Of a DNA stretch of 59,854 nucleotides, positions 18,663 to 28,092 are shown piece by piece (the first letter of the stretch is position 1; the number at the start of each line of letters is the position of its first letter). A program made the position numbers and the translations under genes. Source of the DNA: a virus (taxonomy: Duplodnaviria; Caudoviricetes). The notes under the pieces are model-generated. The model made no database searches. It had not been told where the DNA came from and saw only the letters and a program-made list of their open reading frames with translations. Location of the stretch: IMG/VR virus record IMGVR_UViG_3300038393_000622, positions 1-59,854 of that record. One strand, written 5' to 3'.

Positions 18663-21600
18663 ATGTCTCTCGGATCGCTAAACATCGACCTGAACGCGAA
18701 TATTGCGAAGTTCGAGTCCGCACTGGATCGCGCTTCGTACCTCGCGAAGTCAGCGATGGACAAGATCGCAGGTTCGGCCGCAACCGCCGAGACCGCGATG
18801 AAAGGTCTGGAGGGTGCACTCGGGAAGGTCGGCGTGGCAATGAGCACGCTGGGCGTTGTCGGCAGCATTGGGGGCTTGATCGAGATCGCCAAAAGCTCGA
18901 TCGCCGGCGCGGCTGAGTTGAAGCACATGTCCATGCAGACAGGCGTGTCGGTTGAGGCGCTTTCGGCACTCAAAGGTGTCGCCAAGCTAACCGGCATGGA
19001 TTTGGCGACTGCTGGGCAGGGCGCCGCGAAGCTTGGCAAGGCGATGTACGACGCCCAAGGCGGCAGCCAAAAGCAGCAGCAGGCGTTCAAGAATCTCGGC
19101 ATCGCCTACACCGATGCGAGCGGGAAGCTGCGCCCGGTGGGCGACGTCATGCTCGACGTCGGCAAGAAGCTCCTGAACAGCGCTGACGGCGCCGGGAAGG
19201 CCGGTATCGCGATCGACCTGATGGGCAAAAAAGGGGCCATGATGATCCCGGTGCTGGAGCAGCTTGCTCTGCGCGGGAATGTCAACGGGAAGATCACGAC
19301 CGAGCTAGCGGAGAAGGCCGAGCAGTTGGAGATCGCCTGGGCCAAGATGGTCGCGACGATGAACTCTTGGAAGTTCGGCGCGTTGTCGGCCATCATGCCG
19401 TCGCTCGAACGCATCATTCCGCTTGTGCCGAAGATCGCGACCGGGTTGGTTGGTTTGTTCACCGTCACGAAAGTACTGCCGATGGCGATTTCCGCTGTTA
19501 CCGCGGCGATCACTACCCTTGGCGGCGTCACTTCCGCGTCCGGCCTGATTGGCATCGGCATCTTCTCCAAGCTGCGCACTTCCGTCATCGCTCTTGGTGC
19601 TGCCGCGATGGCCAACCCGCTTGTCGCCATTGCCTCTGCCATTCTTGCCGCTGGCGCTGCGCTCTACGTCTTCCAAGACAAGCTTGTGACCCTCGGTGGT
19701 GCCACTGCCTCGATCGGCAACTGGATTGGCGGCGTATGGGACGTCATCAAGGAAGGTGCATCTGGCGTATGGATGACCGTCAGGGACGCATTCGGCAAGA
19801 TCTCGGCTTGGATCTCGCAGGTCTTCGGCGGCGTGAAGGACAAGGTGGGTGGCTTCTTCACCTGGGCGATCGACCTCAGCAAGTCTTACATCAACATCTC
19901 GATCGGCGCATGGGTCGGCCTCGGCAGAGCCGCGATCATCGTATTCGAGTCGATGCGCACGGCATGGAAGAATGCCCTCGACTGGATGAGTGGCCTTGGC
20001 CGCGACTTCGGCACTGGCGTCGCTGCCGCCCTGCATGGTGATATTGCGTTCACGGCGTTCCGCAATCGCATGAATGCTGCCGGTTCGGCGGTATCGCAGG
20101 TCGGAGCCCAGATCAAGGATGCACTATCGGAGGCGACGAACACCGATTATGTCGGCAAGATGGCTGGCGCCGCTTCCAACGTGTTCGAGCGCATCAAGCA
20201 GAACGCATTGCGCCGCAAGGCCGAGGATGACGCCGCGCGCAAGGGTGCGCCGGATATCAAGAACACCATCCAGAACGTCGACACGTCGACTGCGACCACG
20301 GACCCGTTCAAGCAGGCCATGCAGGATCTGCAGCGTCAGACGGTGGGCATGCAGTACGTGGTCGATAACTGGGATAAATTTGGCGGCAAGATTCGCGACT
20401 CGAAAGCCGCGATGGCTGAGTTTGACGTCACCCTCGGTAAATTCAGTAATACCGAACGCGCCGCAGCCAAGCTGCCGCCGCTGACTGCTACCCAGAAGCA
20501 GGCCTATATCGACGCCTCGAAGGCGCTTGAGAATCTGGAAATCCGCGAGAAGCAACTCATCGCGCTCAAGAAATTCGATGACTCTGTTGCCAAACTCAAG
20601 GAAGAGAACGCCGGTCTGCGTGAGTCCGCTATCCAGCGCGAGATCAATGGCCAGATGGCCCAACTGGAAGCCGCTGGCATCAAGAAAGGCACCGACGAGT
20701 ATATCCGTCGCCGCGCCGCGATGTCGGACGCGATCCAGGACAAGCACCTGGTCGAGTTCGACAACGGCATGACCGAGTATTTCTCGCAACAGAAGATCGG
20801 CATCGACAACGAGCAGTTCATGATCTCGTTGCTCGGCCAAGATTCGCTCTCGGTCGCCAAGCTGACCGAAGCTCACCGCATCGACGCCGATGTGCAGGAA
20901 AAGCTGCGCCAGGCGCGCCGCGATGGCCTGAATCTGTCCGACGAGGAAATCGCCAAGCAGTTGCAGCAGGCGGACGCCATCAAGCAGACTCGCATGGCGC
21001 AGATTGATCTCGCTGCCGCGATCCAGAAGACCCCCGAATACGGCTTCCGTCAGGCGATGGTGAAGTACCAAGAGGCCGCAAACGACATGGGCTCGCAAGT
21101 CGAGAACACCATGACGAATGCCCTCAAAGGCGTCGAGGATGCGTTTGTTCAGCTATCTGTCACTGGCAAGCTCTCGTTCAAGTCGCTGGTCGATTCCGTT
21201 GTTGCCGACGTAGCGCGCATGGGCTGGAAGAGCATGATTTCCGGCACGCTAGGCTGGGTCCAGAACGGTGGTCTGGGCCAGACTATCGCCGGGCTGGCAT
21301 CCGGTTCAAGCATCAGCGGCGCAACCAAGAGCGCGACCGATGCGCTGTCTACGACGGCAGCGAATACTGCGCTGACAGCGCTTGATACTTCGGCCACTTC
21401 AAGCGCAGGAGCGCTCTCGACGTTGACGGCCTCCTACACCGCGCAAGACGGCGTGATGACGACCGCGACGGCCAGCCTGTCCAGCCTCACCGCCGCGGCT
21501 GAAACTGCTGCTGCGGCTTTGGCTTCGGTGAGTGCGAGCGGCGGTTCGAGCCTTGGTGGCCTTGCTGGCATGTTCGGCGGGGATGCATCGTCGAACGTGT

Positions 21601-21917
21601 TCTCTGGCGTGACCGGGACAAGCGTGTCCTGGGAGTCGGCGCTCGCCGGCAGATTCGCTGGCGGCGGCGATCCTCCGGTTGGGCGTCCGTCGCTGGTTGG
21701 CGAGCAAGGCCCGGAAATATTCGTGCCCAAGACCGCCGGCACCATCCTGCCGAACGACGTATTCAAGCAGGCTTCGCAGAATAGCGGCCAGCCGCAGCAG
21801 GGTAACGTCATCCATATCCATAACCACTTCGCCGCTGGCACCGACGCGCGCACGATTGACCAAGCTGCGATGCAAATGGGCGCACACGTGCAGCGCGCCC
21901 TGCGGAGAAACGGATGA
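18663..21917 (+). CDS. Tape measure protein
   Basis: 1084 aa, helical and Ala-rich; SLGSLNIDL start; C-terminal AGGG...LVGEQGPE. Confidence 0.95.
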   Translation: MSLGSLNIDLNANIAKFESALDRASYLAKSAMDKIAGSAATAETAMKGLEGALGKVGVAMSTLGVVGSIGGLIEIAKSSIAGAAELKHMSMQTGVSVEALSALKGVAKLTGMDLATAGQGAAKLGKAMYDAQGGSQKQQQAFKNLGIAYTDASGKLRPVGDVMLDVGKKLLNSADGAGKAGIAIDLMGKKGAMMIPVLEQLALRGNVNGKITTELAEKAEQLEIAWAKMVATMNSWKFGALSAIMPSLERIIPLVPKIATGLVGLFTVTKVLPMAISAVTAAITTLGGVTSASGLIGIGIFSKLRTSVIALGAAAMANPLVAIASAILAAGAALYVFQDKLVTLGGATASIGNWIGGVWDVIKEGASGVWMTVRDAFGKISAWISQVFGGVKDKVGGFFTWAIDLSKSYINISIGAWVGLGRAAIIVFESMRTAWKNALDWMSGLGRDFGTGVAAALHGDIAFTAFRNRMNAAGSAVSQVGAQIKDALSEATNTDYVGKMAGAASNVFERIKQNALRRKAEDDAARKGAPDIKNTIQNVDTSTATTDPFKQAMQDLQRQTVGMQYVVDNWDKFGGKIRDSKAAMAEFDVTLGKFSNTERAAAKLPPLTATQKQAYIDASKALENLEIREKQLIALKKFDDSVAKLKEENAGLRESAIQREINGQMAQLEAAGIKKGTDEYIRRRAAMSDAIQDKHLVEFDNGMTEYFSQQKIGIDNEQFMISLLGQDSLSVAKLTEAHRIDADVQEKLRQARRDGLNLSDEEIAKQLQQADAIKQTRMAQIDLAAAIQKTPEYGFRQAMVKYQEAANDMGSQVENTMTNALKGVEDAFVQLSVTGKLSFKSLVDSVVADVARMGWKSMISGTLGWVQNGGLGQTIAGLASGSSISGATKSATDALSTTAANTALTALDTSATSSAGALSTLTASYTAQDGVMTTATASLSSLTAAAETAAAALASVSASGGSSLGGLAGMFGGDASSNVFSGVTGTSVSWESALAGRFAGGGDPPVGRPSLVGEQGPEIFVPKTAGTILPNDVFKQASQNSGQPQQGNVIHIHNHFAAGTDARTIDQAAMQMGAHVQRALRRNG

Positions 21918-22495
21918 GCTTCAACAATTCCGCTCGCTTCCCGCTGAACATCGCGTTCGGTGCGATTGGTGGTCCTGGCTATCAAACGTCGATCGTGACC
22001 GTCGATTCTGGGCGTGAATACGGCAAGGCCAATTGGGCGAACAGCCGCGGTAAGTGGAATGTCGGAATGCGCGCCATGCCGAAGGCCGACACTGATGATC
22101 TGATCGCGTTCTTCCGCGTCGTAAAAGGCCGTGCCTATGGCTTCCGCTTCCGTGATTGGAGCGACTATCAGGTCGCAGCGGGGCAGGGCGTCATCATCCA
22201 GAATGCGGACGGTTCGCTGCAGCTCGCGAAGCAGTACACCAGTGGCGACCTAACGGAGATCCGGCCTATCTCAACGCCGGTTTCCGGCACGGTCGTCATG
22301 GTCGGCGGCGGCACGATTGATTACGTTACCGGCAAGGTTACTGGCGGCTCGCTTTCGAATACATGGACCGGAGAGTTCGATATCCCGGTGCGGTTCGATA
22401 CCGACGAAATGCAACTAGATGCCGTCGACAAGAACAATGGCGACGGCATCCTGTTCCAGTGGGGGCAGATCCCCATCGTGGAGATCCGTCTGTGA
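21914..22495 (+). CDS. Distal tail protein (DUF2460, GTA-like)
   Basis: GGPGYQTSI, AFFRVVKGRAYGFRFRDWSD, EFDIPVRFDTD. Confidence 0.9.
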   Translation: MSFNNSARFPLNIAFGAIGGPGYQTSIVTVDSGREYGKANWANSRGKWNVGMRAMPKADTDDLIAFFRVVKGRAYGFRFRDWSDYQVAAGQGVIIQNADGSLQLAKQYTSGDLTEIRPISTPVSGTVVMVGGGTIDYVTGKVTGGSLSNTWTGEFDIPVRFDTDEMQLDAVDKNNGDGILFQWGQIPIVEIRL

Positions 22496-24426
22496 AGAAT
22501 CTCTCCACGGCCATGCTCGCTTGGTATGCGGGCGGTGCGATCACGGCCACAACCTGCTGGAAAGCGACACTGACCAACGGCACGGTGATTGCCGCGACCA
22601 AGTTGGACCGCGATCTTGTTGTGGACGGCGTGACCTACGCTTCCACTACTGGCTACATCGACTCCAATGTCGAGAGCTCGTCTGAGCTGAACCCCGACAA
22701 CCTAGAGGTTGACGGCTTCCTGCAATCGCCGGCCATCACCGACGCCGATATCCACAACGGCCTCTGGGACTTCGCCAAAATTGAACTGTTCGAGGTGAAC
22801 TACCTCGACCTGACGATGGGTAAGAACGTCCTGCGCTCCGGCACGCTAGGCGAGGTCAAGGGCGGCCGCATCAAGTTCACCGCCGAACTGCGTGGCCTGA
22901 TGCAGGCATGGACGAAGACGATTGTTCGCCTGACCACGAAGAACTGCATCGCGGATCTTGGCGATTCGAAGTGCAAGATCAATCTGGCATCATTCACCAT
23001 TACCGGGGCTGTGACGTCGGTATCGGCAAACCGGATCGTTGGCGACACTTCGCGCACCGAGGCTGCGGAGTGGTTCACTGGCGGCAAAATCACTTTCACC
23101 AGTGGCGCGAATACAGGCCGGTCGATGGAGGTCAAGCACTACACCGTGGGTTCAATAGAGCTGCACGAGGCGCTGTACGATCCTATTGCCGTGGGCGACA
23201 CCTATAGCATGTACGCCGGCTGCACCAAGCGCTTCACCGAAGACTGCAAGGTGAAATTCAATAACGCGGTCAACTTCCGCGGCTTCCCGCATCTTCCAGG
23301 CTCTGCGATCTACCGCGTCGGCGGCGTCAACTACGGCCCGACGATTACTGCGGGGACCGTTGGCACAGGTGGTGGAACAGGTGGTGGCGGCGGAGGCGGT
23401 ACTCGCGACAAGCTGGTCCAGCCGTTCGCCTCTGATTCGATCTGGAACATGCCGATTGGCTCGGGCGCGGTCTATGTCCCGGCGGGCATGAATGGTAATC
23501 CCGGCTCGAATGCGTACGCGCACATGCCAGGCGTCGATGCCGAGCACATCGTCATGTCCCCGACTTCGCCGCTGGTCGATATCCGCTACAGCAGCGCCGC
23601 CTGGACTGGCGCCGACCGTTGCCCCGCTTCGAGTTCTACCGTGCTGGCGACGGTTCCGATCCCGAATGGCTACAACGTCCCGAGCGGGAACACGAACAGC
23701 GGGGCAGCTTTCCTTGCTGCCGATGGGCGCACGGTCGTTCAGGTCGAGCCGCTGGCGCGGTGCGTCGGCCAGCCATACGGGACCGCTTTTGTGCGCGCGC
23801 CCGACGTCGATATTTATGGTGCAGGCATTCGAGGTGCGCACGGTGGATCTGGCCTGTCCTCGCTGGGCGGCTCGATCCGCCTGGGCGAACTGCGCCCGGG
23901 TCAGACCGGGCCTAAGCACGCGCTCAAGGTCAACGTCTACGCGAAGCAGTTCCTTTACCGCGGATCGAGTAGCGCTGACTGCTACCGCTGGCCTGCGACG
24001 ACCTGCGACAGCTATGCGGTTGGCTTCTATGGTACTGATGGCAGCGGCGGTCCGTCCGCGATGAAGATGGGCGCGCTGCTGGCGATTCCGGCGACGACCA
24101 GCATTGCATCCTTGGCGCTGGAAACCGACCCGGGCGCGCAGATCGCGTGGACCTTGCAGAACTACGGTGCCTACATCGTGGACGACGCCTACGCGCCGGG
24201 ATTCGACTTCTCTGCCGAGGATGGCCCGACTGGCTCGAAAGCTGCCGAGTTCCTTGCCGACTACGGCTACGCGATGCAGCAACAGGTGAACCAGTCCAGC
24301 ACGAATGCGTGGGTACGCGATATCCAGAAGATTTGCGCTGCCCTGTACGTGGTCGATAACAACTCTGCAAGCAGCATCGGTGGCGGTGGTACGCCGTTGC
24401 AGCCGCTCGCACCTCCGCTGGCCTGA
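22492..24426 (+). CDS. Tail-tip hub (DUF2163/BR0599-type) fused to an extra C-terminal domain of about 340 aa
   Basis: CIADLGD..C and GC...C..KFNN.VNFRGFP motifs, then a Gly linker and an unrelated domain; GTGA overlap. Confidence 0.85.
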   Translation: MKNLSTAMLAWYAGGAITATTCWKATLTNGTVIAATKLDRDLVVDGVTYASTTGYIDSNVESSSELNPDNLEVDGFLQSPAITDADIHNGLWDFAKIELFEVNYLDLTMGKNVLRSGTLGEVKGGRIKFTAELRGLMQAWTKTIVRLTTKNCIADLGDSKCKINLASFTITGAVTSVSANRIVGDTSRTEAAEWFTGGKITFTSGANTGRSMEVKHYTVGSIELHEALYDPIAVGDTYSMYAGCTKRFTEDCKVKFNNAVNFRGFPHLPGSAIYRVGGVNYGPTITAGTVGTGGGTGGGGGGGTRDKLVQPFASDSIWNMPIGSGAVYVPAGMNGNPGSNAYAHMPGVDAEHIVMSPTSPLVDIRYSSAAWTGADRCPASSSTVLATVPIPNGYNVPSGNTNSGAAFLAADGRTVVQVEPLARCVGQPYGTAFVRAPDVDIYGAGIRGAHGGSGLSSLGGSIRLGELRPGQTGPKHALKVNVYAKQFLYRGSSSADCYRWPATTCDSYAVGFYGTDGSGGPSAMKMGALLAIPATTSIASLALETDPGAQIAWTLQNYGAYIVDDAYAPGFDFSAEDGPTGSKAAEFLADYGYAMQQQVNQSSTNAWVRDIQKICAALYVVDNNSASSIGGGGTPLQPLAPPLA

Positions 24427-24839
24427 TGACTATGACGATCACAAGGGACGCCATCGTGATGGCGGCGAGATCCTATTTGTCGACCAGATACCACCATCAG
24501 GGGCGCAACCGCGCCGGCATGGACTGTGCTGGCCTGATCGTGTGCGTGGCGCGCGACCTCGGCGTGGACGTTGGTGATGTCGCCGGATATGCGCGCGTGC
24601 CGGACGGAGAATCTCTGCGCCAAGCGGTCGAGTCGCAGGCACAGCGCGTGGCGGTCTACAAGCCGGGCGACATTCTGCTGATGCGCTTCGATGGCGACCC
24701 GCAGCACCTAGCAATCGTCACGGATCGCGGAATGATCCATTCGTATGCACAGGCCCGCAAGGTCGTGGAGCACAGCATCGATGTTACGTGGGCACGGCGC
24801 GTCGTCGCGGCTTACCAGTTCCCGGGAGTTGAAAAATGA
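24426..24839 (+). CDS. NlpC/P60 tail peptidase
   Basis: YHHQGR...GMDCAGL...HLAI...IHS. Confidence 0.92.
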   Translation: MTMTITRDAIVMAARSYLSTRYHHQGRNRAGMDCAGLIVCVARDLGVDVGDVAGYARVPDGESLRQAVESQAQRVAVYKPGDILLMRFDGDPQHLAIVTDRGMIHSYAQARKVVEHSIDVTWARRVVAAYQFPGVEK

Positions 24840-27142
24840 GCGGCGGACTGATCGGTGGTGTTGTTGGGGCGACCATTGGCTTCTTCGTTGGCGGTCCGAC
24901 TGGCGCGATGTACGGCTTTTCGCTTGGCTCTGCTGCCGGTGGGCTGCTCATGCCAGGACAACTCCCGCACGTCGAGGGGCCGCGCCTGTCCGATCTGCGC
25001 GCGCAAAGTTCGGAATACGGGCGACCGATCCCGATCGTCTACGGTACGGTCGGGCTGCAGGGCAATGTGATCTGGGCGTCCGACCTCGTGGAAGTGAAGA
25101 CTGATACGACTACCGGCGGCAAGGGTGGGCCGACCCAGACTACGACTAACTACACCTACTTTGGTAACTTCGCGGTTGCGATCTGCGACGGCCCTATCGA
25201 CCAGGTGCTGCGCATCTGGGCTGGTCCGGAAAAGCGCCTGATCTATGACAGCTTCAATCTCGAAGGTGGTCAGGTGCGCATCTACCGTGGCACCGAGGAC
25301 CAACTTCCCGACCCGATGATCGAGCAATATCTTGGCGTCGGCAACGTCCCGGCATACCGCGGCACGTGCTACGCCGTGTTCGAGAATCTTCCTTTGGCGA
25401 ACGATGGCAACCGCATCCCGTTCCTGACATTCGAGGTGACGACCGGCGGCAAAACCTGCGGCGACAACTACACCGTTATCGATGGCTACAAGCTGTACGA
25501 TCCGCCGCCACTGCACGTGTCTACGTACACCGGATCGCACGCGTATGGCCGCGCTGCGCAGGACACGACGGACAACATGCTCTACTACCTCCGCGTGCAG
25601 GGGACCACGCTGTACCTGGACAAGACTGATCCGGTCAATAAAGTGTTCGGAGCCTCGCTGGCGATCGGCGACACGACCACCTACAGCAGTCCGACGATGG
25701 CGCTGAACACGGTCGAGCGAACCGTCGCCATCCTTGGCGGCAGCGGCGTGAATTGGGCGATGGTGGACCTGAATACGTTCACTGTCACCAGTACCGGGAC
25801 ATTTGCGAACCCGAAGGCTGATGTCATCGTTTCGAATGGCGCCTATGCCTACCTGAACATGTACAACGTGGGCGATGCAGACGATTGGGGGCGTACGGGG
25901 GCGGTGTTCGGCGGCTACCTGATCGACTGTGATGGCGTTGTGGCCGCGGTCTCAACGACGCAGCCCTTGACGCTCAATGGGGCTCAAGTCCCCGGCGTGC
26001 AAAAGCAGTTCGACGTCTTCGACCCGGTCGCGCGGCGCTTGATCTCGCTCAGCGACTCCTGCTACTACGATTTCGGCACTGGTACGCTGGTCACGACGAC
26101 GACAGCGTTCCCCGGCGGCGGAAATGCCGTCTATGACCCTTATGTCCGGCGCATCTTCTGCAACAGTTCGACGGATATCTTGATGATCAACCCCGAGGAA
26201 ATCACGCCGGCCAGTATCCCGGTCGAGTGCATCATCCTCAGTGGTTCGCTGCTGTATAGTTCAGATCCAACCGACGTCGTCAACCTTCATTTCAGTCCAA
26301 TGATCGTGCCGGTGCGCACGCCGTCGAACTACCTTGCATTCGTTGACGGCATCCCGGGCGGCTCCGGTCTTGGCGATGTCCTGTTGTTTCAGGTTGGTAC
26401 TGGTGGTGGCGGGATGCCGCTCTGGAAGATCGTCTCCGACTTGTCGGACCGCTCCGGAATGTCGAGCTACGACGTCTCGGAGTTGACCGATATTGTCGAT
26501 GGCTACCTGATCGCCAAGCAGTGTGACGTGCGGAGCGCGATTGACGCCCTGCGGCCCGCGTATTACTTCGATGCGGTTGAGTCGCAGGGCATCGTCAAGT
26601 TCGTCAAGCGCGGCGGGACGACGGTGACGGTAATTGCCGACGAAGACCTTGCTGCGACCGATTCGACGGGGCAGGCGGAAGATCCGCTCGTGACCGTGCG
26701 TAAGCAGGAGGTCGAGCTCCCGCGCACGATCAACGTGAACTACATGCTCGCGGCGACCGACTATGAAGCGGCCACGAAGACGGCGAAGCGCCTCGTCGGG
26801 TTCAGCCTGGACGAAACCACGCTGGAAATGCCGCTGGTGCTGAGCGACACGAAGGCGCAAGAGATCGCGGACGTCAACCTGCATACGGCTTGGGCTGGAC
26901 GCCTGACCTACACGTTCTCCGCGCCGCGCAAGTATTCGCAGCTCGAGCCGACCGACTTGGTGCTCGTCAAGGGCAACCTGATGCGCCTGACGAAGGTGAC
27001 GGCTACCCCGACAGGCGTGTTGAAGTGCGAGGCGATCTCTGACGATTCGAGCTACTACGCGCCGCATGTGATCGTCACCGAAACGCCGCCAGTCGTCAAA
27101 ACCGTGTTCGTGCCCGGTCAAACCATTCTGGAGCTGATGTGA
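24836..27142 (+). CDS. Tail-tip/host-specificity protein (GTA megatron/J-like), N-terminal part
   Basis: GPRLSDL...YGRPIPIVYG...GNVIWAS, VPAYRG, GNRIP, YYFDAVES. Confidence 0.88.
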   Translation: MSGGLIGGVVGATIGFFVGGPTGAMYGFSLGSAAGGLLMPGQLPHVEGPRLSDLRAQSSEYGRPIPIVYGTVGLQGNVIWASDLVEVKTDTTTGGKGGPTQTTTNYTYFGNFAVAICDGPIDQVLRIWAGPEKRLIYDSFNLEGGQVRIYRGTEDQLPDPMIEQYLGVGNVPAYRGTCYAVFENLPLANDGNRIPFLTFEVTTGGKTCGDNYTVIDGYKLYDPPPLHVSTYTGSHAYGRAAQDTTDNMLYYLRVQGTTLYLDKTDPVNKVFGASLAIGDTTTYSSPTMALNTVERTVAILGGSGVNWAMVDLNTFTVTSTGTFANPKADVIVSNGAYAYLNMYNVGDADDWGRTGAVFGGYLIDCDGVVAAVSTTQPLTLNGAQVPGVQKQFDVFDPVARRLISLSDSCYYDFGTGTLVTTTTAFPGGGNAVYDPYVRRIFCNSSTDILMINPEEITPASIPVECIILSGSLLYSSDPTDVVNLHFSPMIVPVRTPSNYLAFVDGIPGGSGLGDVLLFQVGTGGGGMPLWKIVSDLSDRSGMSSYDVSELTDIVDGYLIAKQCDVRSAIDALRPAYYFDAVESQGIVKFVKRGGTTVTVIADEDLAATDSTGQAEDPLVTVRKQEVELPRTINVNYMLAATDYEAATKTAKRLVGFSLDETTLEMPLVLSDTKAQEIADVNLHTAWAGRLTYTFSAPRKYSQLEPTDLVLVKGNLMRLTKVTATPTGVLKCEAISDDSSYYAPHVIVTETPPVVKTVFVPGQTILELM

Positions 27143-28038
27143 ATATCAACATGCTTCGCGATTCGGACAACGACCCCGGATTCTATGCGGCTGCGTGCGG
27201 CGATTCGTCGGCGTGGCGTGGCGCTACGCTGTTCCAGTCGTCGGATGGCGGCGCGAGCTACCAGTCGCTCGCCACGATGCCGAACGCGGCCACCATCGGC
27301 AAGACCGTCGATGTGCTGGGCGACTTCCACGGCGGGAATATCCCTGACGAACTGAACTCTGTGACAGTGCGCCTGAACTCTGGCGAGCTTGCCTCAGTCT
27401 CATACGCGAACTTCATGGAAGGATTGCAGCAGGCAGTCATCGGCAGCGAGATTCTGTACTTCCGCAATGCCGTGCTGAACACGGATGGCTCCTACACTTT
27501 GACCGGCTTTCTGCGCGGGCGACGCGGCTCGGAATACGCGATGAGTACCCATGCAGCGCGCGACCGGTTCGTGCTGCTCAATCCAGGCGCGATGGCGCGC
27601 ATTCCTGCCGATTCGGCTGATATCGGCCGCACACGTCTCTACAAGGCCGTCACGGCTGGTGGCTCGCTCGATTCGACAGCGCAGCAGTCGTTCACCAACG
27701 AAGGCGCTGGACTCAAACCCTACGCTCCGGTGCAGGTTGGCGGTGGCCGCAATGCCGCAGGAGACCTGACCATCAATTGGGTGCGCCGCACGCGCATCGG
27801 CGGGGAATGGCGCGATTCGGTCGATGTGCCGCTTGGCGAGGCGAGCGAGCAGTACCAGGTGGACATTCTGAATGGCGGCTCAGTAGTGCGCACTATCAGC
27901 ACGACCACGCCTACTGCGACCTACCTTGCATCCGATCAAGTGACCGATTTCGGTAGCGCGCAAAGCGCGATCACCGTCAACGTCTACCAATTAAGTGTGG
28001 TCGTCGGGCGCGGGTATCCCGCCAACGCAACGATCTGA
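27139..28038 (+). CDS. Tail-tip protein, C-terminal part
   Basis: LRGRRGSE, WVRRTRIGGEW..DVPLGE, VYQLS..VGRG. Confidence 0.85.
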   Translation: MNINMLRDSDNDPGFYAAACGDSSAWRGATLFQSSDGGASYQSLATMPNAATIGKTVDVLGDFHGGNIPDELNSVTVRLNSGELASVSYANFMEGLQQAVIGSEILYFRNAVLNTDGSYTLTGFLRGRRGSEYAMSTHAARDRFVLLNPGAMARIPADSADIGRTRLYKAVTAGGSLDSTAQQSFTNEGAGLKPYAPVQVGGGRNAAGDLTINWVRRTRIGGEWRDSVDVPLGEASEQYQVDILNGGSVVRTISTTTPTATYLASDQVTDFGSAQSAITVNVYQLSVVVGRGYPANATI

Positions 28039-28056
28039 TAAACATCAGCTCCACAG

Positions 28057-28081
28057 AGCCGCCCATGAGGCGGCTTTTTTT
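28057..28081 (+). terminator. Intrinsic terminator-like hairpin
   Basis: AGCCGCC-CATGA-GGCGGCT followed by a T-run. Confidence 0.6.
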
Positions 28082-28092
28082 ATGGGACAACC

